Shown one piece after another: positions 1-9,600 of a DNA stretch of 36,437 nt. The DNA comes from Cyclobacteriaceae bacterium. GTDB lineage: Bacteria > Bacteroidota > Bacteroidia > Cytophagales > JAAEPT01. Below the pieces are notes generated by a model that was not told the origin of the DNA, did no database searches, and saw only the letters and a list, made by a program, of their open reading frames with translations. How positions within the stretch are numbered: the stretch's first letter is position 1; each line of letters opens with the position of its first letter. The stretch spans positions 1 through 36,437 of the forward strand of contig JBGCEI010000083.1 of the NCBI GenBank assembly GCA_045106295.1, read 5' to 3'. Made by a program: the position numbers and the translations under genes.

Positions 1-1395
1 GGAGCAAGTCGTTCTGGTTTGTCTGATGATGATTTCAGAAAAAAAGTAGTGTTCGATAATCCTTTCGTGACCAAAAAAAGTAACGATCAAAAAGAATTAG
101 AAGACTTTGCATCTAAACTGTATTACGAACCGACTGATACCAAATCAGATGAGTCTTTTGTAGAGTTTAAAGAACGCTTAAAAAAGTTAAACTCAGACTG
201 CAACGGAGGTAACAACTACATGTTTTACCTATCTACTCCTCCAAGCTTATACGACCCTATTGCCAAACAATTACATGCACAAGGTCTTCATAAGCAAGAC
301 GATGGCTGGAGCAGGTTAGTAGTTGAAAAGCCATTTGGTTACAACCTAAAAACGGCTAAAGACTTAAATAAGAAATTACAGAGTTACTTCACCGAAGAAC
401 AGATTTACAGAATAGACCATTATTTAGGCAAAGAGACGGTACAAAACTTATTAGTGACTCGTTTTTCTAATGCTATCTACGAACCTTTATGGAATAGGAA
501 TTACATTCACCATGTAGAAATTACTTCTGCAGAAGATATGGGTGTAGGCTCTAGGGGTGGGTATTACGATGGATCTGGTGCGTTGCGAGATATGGTACAA
601 AATCATTTGCTTCAATTGGTTGCCTTAACGGCGATGGAGCCGCCTGTTCAGGCTACTGCTGATGCTATCCGTACAGAGAAGCTAAAAGTATTTCAATCGT
701 TACGCCCATACAAGCCAGAAGATATTCATACCCATGTGATCCGTGGTCAATACACAGGTTCTAAAGTAAAAGGTGAAGAAGTAACAGGCTATAGAGAAAC
801 GGAAGGCGTAGCGGAAGGATCTAAAACAGAAACCTATGTCGCTTTAAAGTTCTTTATTGACAACTGGAGATGGGCAGGAGTTCCTTTTTACATCCGTTCG
901 GGGAAAATGTTACCTACTAAAGTAACTGAAATTGTGATTCACTTTAAGCGTTCTCCTCACCATATTTTTATTGATGAAGGGAATATCGAAAACTCAACTA
1001 ATCAGCTAATCATCCGAATTCAACCGAATGAAGGGATGCTATTGAAAGTAGGTATGAAAGTACCTGGCGAAGGGTTTAAGGTAAAGAGTGTCAATATGGA
1101 CTTCCATTACAGTGAACTTACTGATGCCTATGTGCCAGAAGCTTATGAACGTTTACTACTTGACTGTGTTCAAGGTGATGCTACTTTATATGCACGAGGT
1201 GATGCTGTGGAAGCAGCTTGGGAATTTATAGATCCTATCTTAAATGCTTGGAAAACAGATGATAGTATTAAGGTATTTGGCTACCCCGCAGGAACATGGG
1301 GACCAGAACATGCAGATGACCTGATCAAGGGAGAGCGTACATGGAGATACCCATGTAAAAATTTAACAAGTGATGGTGAGTATTGTGAATTGTAA
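1..1395 (+). CDS. zwf: glucose-6-phosphate dehydrogenase, 5'-truncated by the window edge
   Basis: Contains the G6PD active-site motif RIDHYLGKE and the 'EKPFG' motif. Frame 1 is open from base 1 (GASRSGLSDDDFRKKV resembles the region after the NADP-binding fold), so the TTG at 19 is probably not the real start. Stop codon at 1393-1395. Confidence 0.95.
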   Translation, partial: GASRSGLSDDDFRKKVVFDNPFVTKKSNDQKELEDFASKLYYEPTDTKSDESFVEFKERLKKLNSDCNGGNNYMFYLSTPPSLYDPIAKQLHAQGLHKQDDGWSRLVVEKPFGYNLKTAKDLNKKLQSYFTEEQIYRIDHYLGKETVQNLLVTRFSNAIYEPLWNRNYIHHVEITSAEDMGVGSRGGYYDGSGALRDMVQNHLLQLVALTAMEPPVQATADAIRTEKLKVFQSLRPYKPEDIHTHVIRGQYTGSKVKGEEVTGYRETEGVAEGSKTETYVALKFFIDNWRWAGVPFYIRSGKMLPTKVTEIVIHFKRSPHHIFIDEGNIENSTNQLIIRIQPNEGMLLKVGMKVPGEGFKVKSVNMDFHYSELTDAYVPEAYERLLLDCVQGDATLYARGDAVEAAWEFIDPILNAWKTDDSIKVFGYPAGTWGPEHADDLIKGERTWRYPCKNLTSDGEYCEL

Positions 1396-1432
1396 ACATA
1401 ATGCTCATCTACTGTTAACTAGTTTTTAAACC

Positions 1433-2110
1433 CTACAAAATCTCCCTTAAAACAGGGATAGAGTTAAACGCTCTACCATCACCAATAGCTTGTTTGTAGA
1501 AAGTAATCAAAATATCAAATACCTTTTTTTTATCAATAGGTTGTAATTCAATAGGGCTTCCGGTGAGTAGGTTCTGAATGAGTTGTTCTTCGAATACGCT
1601 TAATTTAAAAGAATGATACTCATTTACCTGTTTCATTAATTCATCCACTTCTTGAGGAAGCACCCCCTGAGCCTTGCTCATACTTACTATAAATTGAGTA
1701 GGGAAAAAACCAATTTCTCCTTTTTTAGCATGTTCTAAATCTGAAATTACTTGATCTAAATAATGAAATAGGTACTGGTCTGTGTTCTCGTGCGTAAGAG
1801 CTTGTTGTAGCACATCTACCATAAACATAGCTACACATGTTTTAGGAAAGTAGGTAGCTATTTCGTTTAAAGGCTCATTGCACTTTACTTCAGAAATTCG
1901 TTGTAAACTACGTGTTTCTTTGTAGTAGATGACTAAATCTAACTTCGTGAGTGGCTGAAAGAGACCTATTTTAGTTTTAGAAGACTTAGCACGAATACCG
2001 TTAATGATAAATGATTGAAGCCCATGCGCTTCCGTAAATATTTTACAGATAATAGATGTTTCACTGTATTTGATGTAGCTAATGACAATTCCTTTCGTTT
2101 TAGCTAACAT
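1433..2110 (-). CDS. recO: DNA repair protein RecO
   Basis: 225 aa. The N-terminal OB-fold-like 'KTKGIVISYIKYSETSIICKIFTEAHGLQSFIINGIR' and the size fit RecO. The ATG directly abuts the upstream gene's stop (TAAATG on the minus strand). Confidence 0.8.
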   Translation of the reverse strand: MLAKTKGIVISYIKYSETSIICKIFTEAHGLQSFIINGIRAKSSKTKIGLFQPLTKLDLVIYYKETRSLQRISEVKCNEPLNEIATYFPKTCVAMFMVDVLQQALTHENTDQYLFHYLDQVISDLEHAKKGEIGFFPTQFIVSMSKAQGVLPQEVDELMKQVNEYHSFKLSVFEEQLIQNLLTGSPIELQPIDKKKVFDILITFYKQAIGDGRAFNSIPVLREIL

Positions 2111-4348
2111 TTACCGAACGATTGCCAGTTTACCTACAAAGGTTTCTTCCCCATCGTCAGTGCTACTAAAAATTAAATAAACACCTGTCTGAGGCCTGTT
2201 CCCTTGATAGTTTTTCCCATTCCACGTGGCGGTTCCTCCTTCTGCATCTACTTCAAACAGTAGGTTACCCGAAATATCAGTAATTTTAACGGTAGCATCC
2301 GTTGCTAAACCAGAGATACCAATATTTCCATCATAATTAGGTGGAATAGGGTTGGGAAATACTTTTACATTTTCATGGACACCAGAACTACTGCTTGCAC
2401 CTGTACGATAAGAAAACAATCCTTCGTCAGTAGCGACAAATAATTCCCCCGTGCTGCTATTTAATTCAATATCATTGATTGTCGATGAAGTAGGAGGAGC
2501 ATTGCTTAGTGTAAATGAGGTAATATCATTTTTACCATCATCACTGAGTAAACGTAGATACGTTTGATCGTCTTTGGTAATCACCCACTTTCTATTCCCT
2601 CCATCAACTAATATCTGACCTACAGATACAGAACGTAGTTTTGGGAAACCATTTGAAAATGGTCTCACTACATCCGTGCTATTGTTATTTGGAACATTAC
2701 TTACCTTGGAGTCTAGACTAGGGTTAGGGAAATAACCAATCCCATTGGATGATCCAACCCACAGTTGCCCTTCTAAATCTAAAGCAATATCATTGGTAAA
2801 GTCTTTTTCATCCTTTACATGTATTACCACATTAAGGCCTAGTAAATTAGAACTTGTAAAATTCGGAGACCATATTTGTAATTTCCCATCAACTCTTACA
2901 AACCAGTAATTTCCACTATTATCCTGTACTATTTTTTTACTATCAGTATCTAAATTTAAGTAAGAGTAAAATCCTGTTAGCCCAATCTCAGATACCTCTC
3001 TTTTATCTGCCAAAATAAGCACAGATCCACTATTTGTAATTAGTAAATCTGTGATTTCAGATGTCCCTAAAGAAGCGACATGTGTCGCAGCTTCGTCTAA
3101 TTCACTAGCGCTGTACAAGCCTTCGTTAGTAGCAAAATAGTACTGCCCATCAAATGGAGCGTAAACTACTTTCTTAAAATTAACAGCTGAATCTTGAGTA
3201 ACCGTACGCCAGACGCCACCTTCAAATATATCATATTGAGAAGACGGTCCATTATTACCTGGTAAAGCGACAATAGAACCATTTACCAAATCAATAGAAG
3301 CAAAATTAGCAGACGAAACACCGTTTGGTAAACCAACACTATTTAGTGCCCCTTGGTAATTACTTAATACAGCCTTATCACTAGTTGAAGCCATCCATAA
3401 AGAACCATCTTCTCTAACAGCAATATCACTAGAAGTACCTAAGAGCGTATTTGTTAATTGTGTTTTTGCAGTATCCGTTCCTGTTGCATGTAATACTGAA
3501 CTATCCGTCAAAATAAACAAGGAATCAGTAATCGTTTCTAATGAAATAATTTTTTTGTTTTCTGTTCCCGGTAGTGTATTCCATATAAAACTACTCCCGC
3601 TGGATACTCCTGCTAAAACACCATCTCCATCTGTTCCCACATATACTGTATCATTGAAAACGACTAAAGAAGTAAGGCTACTACTAACTGGTAAAAGTGA
3701 GTCATTCCAATTAGAAATTAATCTAGGATCTACAGAATCTCCTAATGTATCACCTTCCCAATAGATGGTACTACCTGTAATACAATAATATTCACCTTTG
3801 GTTTTTCGATGAGCAACTGATAATATATCAAAACCAGGCTCTCCAATAATTCTATTAGTAAAAACAAAAGACTCACCAAACACATTGTTTACTAAGTCAT
3901 ATTCTAAAAACCCAATACCCGTTGCAAACAAAGCCGTATCTGTTCCTCTAAAAGAAATATCATTTATTTTTTTTGACCCATTTATAAAAGTAGAAGAGAA
4001 ATCTCTAAACGAATTAACAGCCTCTATTTCATTATCTTGCAAAAAGTTAATGGCTCCGTTTTCAAACCCAATAATTACGTTGCCTGTAGTAGATACTGCT
4101 ACCGCAGAAGGTTTTATTTCTGACAAGGCATTTTGAGAAGTAAGCACTGTATTAGATGTAATGGTATTGTTACTTATATCCATTAAAAGCAGTCCGTCAT
4201 TAACCACTGTGTAAACAGCAGAGGAAGAGCTAGCGATAGATTGACCATTCGTTGTAGAAGGGTGAAAACGCCAACTCCCAATAGGAATGTTTTCTTGACC
4301 AAAAACAGTAAAAAGTGAAAAAAGAAGGAGGTAACTAATATTTTTCAT
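2111..4348 (-). CDS. secreted beta-propeller protein with a T9SS C-terminal sorting domain (PorZ-like)
   Basis: I prefer the internal ATG at 4348 because it gives a signal peptide (MKNISYLLLFSLFTVFGQ); the track ORF runs to 4414. The body is long and S/T/G/N-rich in a propeller-like pattern. The C-terminal ~80 aa ('VKVFPNPIPPNYDG...TGVYLIFSS...GKLAIVR') has the por-secretion-tail / FlgD-Ig-like pattern. Size and architecture resemble PorZ, but this is unverified. Confidence 0.6.
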   Translation of the reverse strand: MKNISYLLLFSLFTVFGQENIPIGSWRFHPSTTNGQSIASSSSAVYTVVNDGLLLMDISNNTITSNTVLTSQNALSEIKPSAVAVSTTGNVIIGFENGAINFLQDNEIEAVNSFRDFSSTFINGSKKINDISFRGTDTALFATGIGFLEYDLVNNVFGESFVFTNRIIGEPGFDILSVAHRKTKGEYYCITGSTIYWEGDTLGDSVDPRLISNWNDSLLPVSSSLTSLVVFNDTVYVGTDGDGVLAGVSSGSSFIWNTLPGTENKKIISLETITDSLFILTDSSVLHATGTDTAKTQLTNTLLGTSSDIAVREDGSLWMASTSDKAVLSNYQGALNSVGLPNGVSSANFASIDLVNGSIVALPGNNGPSSQYDIFEGGVWRTVTQDSAVNFKKVVYAPFDGQYYFATNEGLYSASELDEAATHVASLGTSEITDLLITNSGSVLILADKREVSEIGLTGFYSYLNLDTDSKKIVQDNSGNYWFVRVDGKLQIWSPNFTSSNLLGLNVVIHVKDEKDFTNDIALDLEGQLWVGSSNGIGYFPNPSLDSKVSNVPNNNSTDVVRPFSNGFPKLRSVSVGQILVDGGNRKWVITKDDQTYLRLLSDDGKNDITSFTLSNAPPTSSTINDIELNSSTGELFVATDEGLFSYRTGASSSSGVHENVKVFPNPIPPNYDGNIGISGLATDATVKITDISGNLLFEVDAEGGTATWNGKNYQGNRPQTGVYLIFSSTDDGEETFVGKLAIVR

Positions 4349-4574
4349 AAAATAAGTAATAGCCCTCAATACAGGACTGGTTTGTTTTAAATGAGTGAAT
4401 CCCTCTGTTTTCATTGAAGGGTATTGAAGATCCTTATGAAAACACCTCTTCGACTCTTAACCTATGTTAAATTTACTAACTAACAAGAGGTTAACCTAAC
4501 AAACCTCTAACATTTAGAGCGTTAATCCCTTTAAGTTTACTTATCTTAGTGTTATTCAACAGTTCGCTGATTCA

Positions 4575-5714
4575 ATGATAAAAACCCTAAAAATGATCGG
4601 AATCTCTATTACAGCACTTATCCTATTACTAGTCATTGTTGGTGCTCTTTTTATAAAGTTAAGTCCACAGTTTGGAAGAGGGGTAACGAAAGAACAAAAA
4701 AAGGCATACGCCAAATCTGGACACTACGAGAAAGATAAATTCATTAATCATTCAGTTACTAAAATGAACCTCAACTATTGGGAACTCATCAAAGAGCAAT
4801 TCAAAAAAGCGCCTAATAGAAGCCCTCAACAAGAAATCAAAGTAGATAAAATAGATTCACTAACTATTGAGAACCATGAAAAGACCGTCACACAACTGAC
4901 TTGGTTTGGACATTCCGCTTTTCTATTAGAAATAGAGGATAAAAAAATCTTATTGGACCCAATGCTCGGAGACACACCCGCTCCGCATCCTTTATTAGGC
5001 ACAAAACGCTATTCAAAAGAATTGCCAATTGAAATTGAAAAACTTCCGTTTATCGATGCCGTCATCTTTTCTCACGACCATTACGATCACTTAGATTACG
5101 AATCAGTTCAAAAATTAAAAGGGAAAGTAAATCACTATTACACACCACTAGGAGTTGGAAACCATTTAGTAGGTTGGAGTGTAGAAAAAGAGAAAATAAG
5201 TGAGCTCAACTGGTGGGATACTATCACACTAGATAGCATACAATTGGCTTGTACGCCAGCAAGGCATTTTTCTGGAAGAGGATTGTTTGACCGGTCATCT
5301 ACACTGTGGTGTTCTTGGGTGATTAAAGGAAGAAAAGACAACATCTTTTTTAGTGGAGATAGTGGCTACGACACTCACTTTAAAAAAATAGGCGATAAAT
5401 ATGGCCCTTTTGATATCTCTTTAATGGAATGTGGTCAGTACCATAAAGACTGGCAACTAATACACATGATGCCAGAAGAAACAGTACAAGCAGCTATTGA
5501 TTTAAAAAGTAAACTAGCCTTACCTATCCACTGGGGAGCATTTACCTTATCACTTCATGATTGGACCGACCCTATTGAACGATTTACAAAAAAAGCAACA
5601 GAACTAAATTTAGCGATCACCACTCCAAAAATAGGTGAACCTGTTATTGTTGGAGAAGAGGTTTATCCTACAAGTAGCTGGTGGGAGCAATATGAGACCA
5701 ACACGGTTCAATAA
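4575..5714 (+). CDS. membrane-anchored MBL-fold metallo-hydrolase (NAPE-PLD-like)
   Basis: N-terminal TM helix (IGISITALILLLVIVGALFI), the HxHxDH motif 'SHDHYDHLD', and a later 'GDSGY...H' typical of the beta-lactamase fold. Confidence 0.8.
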   Translation: MIKTLKMIGISITALILLLVIVGALFIKLSPQFGRGVTKEQKKAYAKSGHYEKDKFINHSVTKMNLNYWELIKEQFKKAPNRSPQQEIKVDKIDSLTIENHEKTVTQLTWFGHSAFLLEIEDKKILLDPMLGDTPAPHPLLGTKRYSKELPIEIEKLPFIDAVIFSHDHYDHLDYESVQKLKGKVNHYYTPLGVGNHLVGWSVEKEKISELNWWDTITLDSIQLACTPARHFSGRGLFDRSSTLWCSWVIKGRKDNIFFSGDSGYDTHFKKIGDKYGPFDISLMECGQYHKDWQLIHMMPEETVQAAIDLKSKLALPIHWGAFTLSLHDWTDPIERFTKKATELNLAITTPKIGEPVIVGEEVYPTSSWWEQYETNTVQ

Positions 5715-5800
5715 ATCTAATTTAGTTTGTAATTTTACACATATAAAACAATCATATAGAAAGTAATCAGCGTTGAGTCTTAATACTTGATACTAGAGGC

Positions 5801-6565
5801 ATGAAATCACTCACATTTATATCACTTCTTACTTTTCTGATCTCCTGTGGAACGAAAAAGCGAGAGCTAAAAAAGACTATGACTAATAAAGGACAAATTT
5901 CTCTCTCTCATGAACTCAACGAGGTTTCTGGACTTACTTTTTTCAAGGGTGATTTATTAGCAGTTCAAGACGAAAAAGGAATTATTTTCACCATAAGTTC
6001 TACTGATGGGTCTATTATTAAAAAACAAAAAGTACTTAAAGGTGGCGATTACGAAGGAATTACAACCGATGAAAAAAAAATCTTTATTCTCCGTTCAGAC
6101 GGTGCTGTTTACGTAATTGAAAATGGTCAATCAAACAAACTAATCGACAAACAAAAAGGTAAAGAATTTGAAGGAATTTGCTACGATAAAAAAAACCACT
6201 ACCTTTTATTAGGCTTAAAACAGCATCCTGATAATAAAAAAGATAAAAGTTTACGAGTGTATGCTTACGATTTCACTAAAAAGAAACTACTCAATGATCC
6301 CGTCATTAAACTAGAGAAAAAGGCATTTGAAAAAGACTTTAAAATCTCTGGAATGGACTTCCATCCAAACGGAAACTTATTCATCCTAAGTAGCCATTCT
6401 TCTAGTTTATTGGAGTTAACTGCCGACTTTACTGTCATGAGGCATACAAAATTAGCTAGAAAAACATTCCCACAGGCAGAAGGCATTGCTATTAGAAAAG
6501 ATGGCAGTATCTTTATTTCTAATGAACGAACACCCGGTAAGCATGCTAGTTTGCAAAGGCTCTAA
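5801..6565 (+). CDS. lipoprotein, SdiA-regulated/phytase-like beta-propeller family (tentative)
   Basis: Lipobox 'LTFLISCG'. Repeated blade-like motifs: 'SGLTF', 'DYEGITTD', 'FEGICYD', 'ISGMDFHP', 'AEGIAIRKDGSIFISNE'. Confidence 0.5.
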   Translation: MKSLTFISLLTFLISCGTKKRELKKTMTNKGQISLSHELNEVSGLTFFKGDLLAVQDEKGIIFTISSTDGSIIKKQKVLKGGDYEGITTDEKKIFILRSDGAVYVIENGQSNKLIDKQKGKEFEGICYDKKNHYLLLGLKQHPDNKKDKSLRVYAYDFTKKKLLNDPVIKLEKKAFEKDFKISGMDFHPNGNLFILSSHSSSLLELTADFTVMRHTKLARKTFPQAEGIAIRKDGSIFISNERTPGKHASLQRL

Positions 6566-6647
6566 GAATTTAAGATTATTAAACTTTAAGACAATAAGAC
6601 TGTAAGACTATTAAAGTCTTGATACTAATTACTATTCAGTTAAAGAG

Positions 6648-9600
6648 ATGAACAAACTTCTTCTTTTCATTTTCACTATCACTTTATCAGTCGCTACTTT
6701 CTCACAAGAATACGGACAAAAAGATATTGCTTCTATTGTATACATGATTGGTGATGCGGGAGATAATAATTCGACTGCTTTGCAAAATTTCTCCTTGTTA
6801 AAAGCTAAACTAGAAAAGGAAAATCCAAAAACAACAAGTATCATTTTTTTGGGTGATAACATTTATCCGCATGGGTTAACAAAAAAGAAAAACGCTTCTC
6901 GCCAGCAAGATGAAGATAGGCTAAATGCTCAATTAAAGGTTGTACGACAATTTAAAGGGCAAGTCACATTTATTCCTGGAAACCACGACTGGGAAAAGGG
7001 ACATGAAAATGGCTACAACAATGTAAGAAGACAACAAAAATACATTGAGAAAGCATTAGACAGAAAACATGTATTCTTACCTGAAAATGGTTGTGGTGAT
7101 GTAGCGGTAAAAGAAGTTGGAGACAATGTGGTGACTATTTTTATAGATACACAATGGTGGCTTCATACGTATAAGAAAGGGAGAGGAGAAGAAGACGGCT
7201 GTACTGTCCATTCAAAGGAGGAATTATTAATTACGTTTAAAGAATTACTGAAAAAGTACAGAAGAAAGAACGTAATCGTAGCGGGACACCATCCGTTTTA
7301 TTCCAACGGATTACATGGTGGTAAATTTCCTGCAAGTGACCATTTATTCCCTTTACAAAATGCTCACCCTCCTAAAAAGGTACCATTCCCCATTATTGGT
7401 TCTATTTACCCCTTGTATCGTTCTATTTTAGGACACAGGCAAGACATTAGTCATCCAGAATACACCAACCTAAAAAAAGAGATTACTTCTGCTATGAACC
7501 AGTTTGAAAATGTAGTTTATGCGGCTGGTCATGAACACAGTTTACAGTATTTCAATAAAAACAACAACCACTACATCGTTAGTGGGTCTGGTAGCAAAAA
7601 CACTCATGTAAAGAAGACAAAAAAGACACTATTCGGATCTTCTACTGTTGGTTTTAATACAGTAACCTATCTAAAGAATGGTGATGCATGGCTTCACTTT
7701 TATGACGTAGTCAACAAAGAGACCCCTGTTTTTTCAAAAAAGCTATACACCAAACAAAAGGAATCTGATTTGGTAACGGATGTAAAGACTATGGCTGACT
7801 ACCCAGGCGTCGTAAAAACCTCTGCCGATTCTACGTTTAAAGCAGGGACGTTAAAAAGACTATTCTTTGGACGGTTAAACAGAGATTTTTGGACAGCAGA
7901 AGTCTCTGCCCCAGTTATTGACTTAAACACAAAATTAGGTGGGTTAACACCTTCAAAGCTTGGCGGTGGATTCACCACTAACTCTCTTCACCTAACAGAT
8001 AGTTTGGGCAATAAATATGTATTACGTTCGGTTAAGAAATCATCTCGTTTTCTGATTGATTACAAATACAGAAACACCGTAGCACAAGACATTCTGTACG
8101 ATGGAATAGGTTCTTCACATCCTTATTCAGCTTTGTTGGTGCCTCACTTTACAAAGGCAACAGGTATTTATGCCGCTACTCCTGAACTGGTGTATGTTCC
8201 TAAAACAGCTGCTCTTGGTGAATACATTGCTTTTGGTGATAATTTATGCCTGTTTGAAATGAAACCAGACGATGACATACAAGGTGATGATTCTTTTGGA
8301 AATAGTAAAGACATAGCCAGCTCTGCTAAAGTAGTTGAGAAAAGGCACCAAGACGCAGACAACCTAATAGATGTTCCATACGTCATAAAAGCACGAATAC
8401 TGGATATGTTTCTGGGTGACTGGGATAGGCATGATGACCAATGGAAGTGGGCTGCTTTCAAGGAAGGTAAGAAAACAGTCTATCGAGTAATTCCAAGGGA
8501 CAGAGATCAGGCACTGTTCAAAATTGACGGGGTGTTCCCTTGGCTAACGGCTAGAAAATGGTTGGTCAGAAAACTACAAAATTTCGATGAAGAAATAAGG
8601 GACATTAAAGGATTGAATTTTAATGCCCGTTACTTTGACCGTGATTTCTTATCAGAAGCAAATCGAGAACAATGGATTGAAGGAGCATCAACAATGCAAA
8701 AGTTACTAAGAGATAGTTTAATAGAATCTTGCTATGACAACTACCCAGAAGAGCTACAAGGCATCAGAAAGGCATTTGTAATTAACACCTTAAAAAAGAG
8801 ACGGGATCAACTGGTAGAAACAGCAAAAAGACATTACAAAGTATTAAGCAAGGAGGTAGACGTAGTAGGAACACTAGGAAAAGATTATTTTAAAATCAAT
8901 CGAAAAGAAACTGGAGAAGTATTGGTACAAGCCTTTGAAAAAAAGGATAGTAAAACTCCCTTCTATGAACGTACATTCACAAAAGAAACCAAAGAAATTC
9001 GTTTGTATGGATTGGATGGAAAAGATGAATATGAAATTAGTGGAAACGCAAAAAAAAGTGTGCTTGTACGGATTGTAGCCGGTGAAAATGACGCTAAAAT
9101 TGTAGACGATTCTCGAGTAAGTGCTTTTGTAAAAAAGACCAAAGTATATTTACCTACGGACAAAGGCGAGGTAGTGAAAGGAAAGGAAACTCGCGTCATT
9201 AGGCAACAGCCAGAAGAAAGTTTTATTTACAACCGAAAAGACTTTAAATACGATAATCTAAGCCCCATTCCCTATTTCGGATTCAACCAAGATGATGGGC
9301 TCTATTTAGGAGGAGGATTTAAATATGTAAAACACGGCTTTAAAAAGTCTCCGTACAAATACTCTCATTCTCTAGCAGCAAACACAGCGGTTAACTCTGA
9401 GGTTCAAAATATTAAATATCAGAATGAATACACTGGGGTAATAGGAAAATTAAACCTTGGGCTAGATGCTGAGTATAATGCTCCTTTGGTATTTCAGTTT
9501 AATGGGTTGGGCAATGAACCAAACAAAAATCAGATCAATACGATCAGAGTACGGATGCAGAACTTTATGTTCGCTCCCTTCCTTTCTAAAAGATCCAAAA

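Noticed and set aside
3555-4136. Plus-strand ORFs 3555-3764 and 3885-4136, opposite the PorZ-like gene
   Set aside because: They are short and low-complexity, lie entirely inside a well-supported 745-aa minus-strand gene, and have no recognisable motifs. They are typical shadow ORFs.
5138-6486. Minus-strand ORFs 5138-5344 and 6265-6486, inside the MBL hydrolase and lipoprotein genes
   Set aside because: They are antisense shadow frames of confidently called genes and show no domain signatures.
6632-6862. Minus-strand 76-aa ORF overlapping the 5' end of the metallophosphoesterase gene
   Set aside because: It overlaps the signal peptide and the first catalytic motif of a strongly supported gene, and nothing supports it independently.
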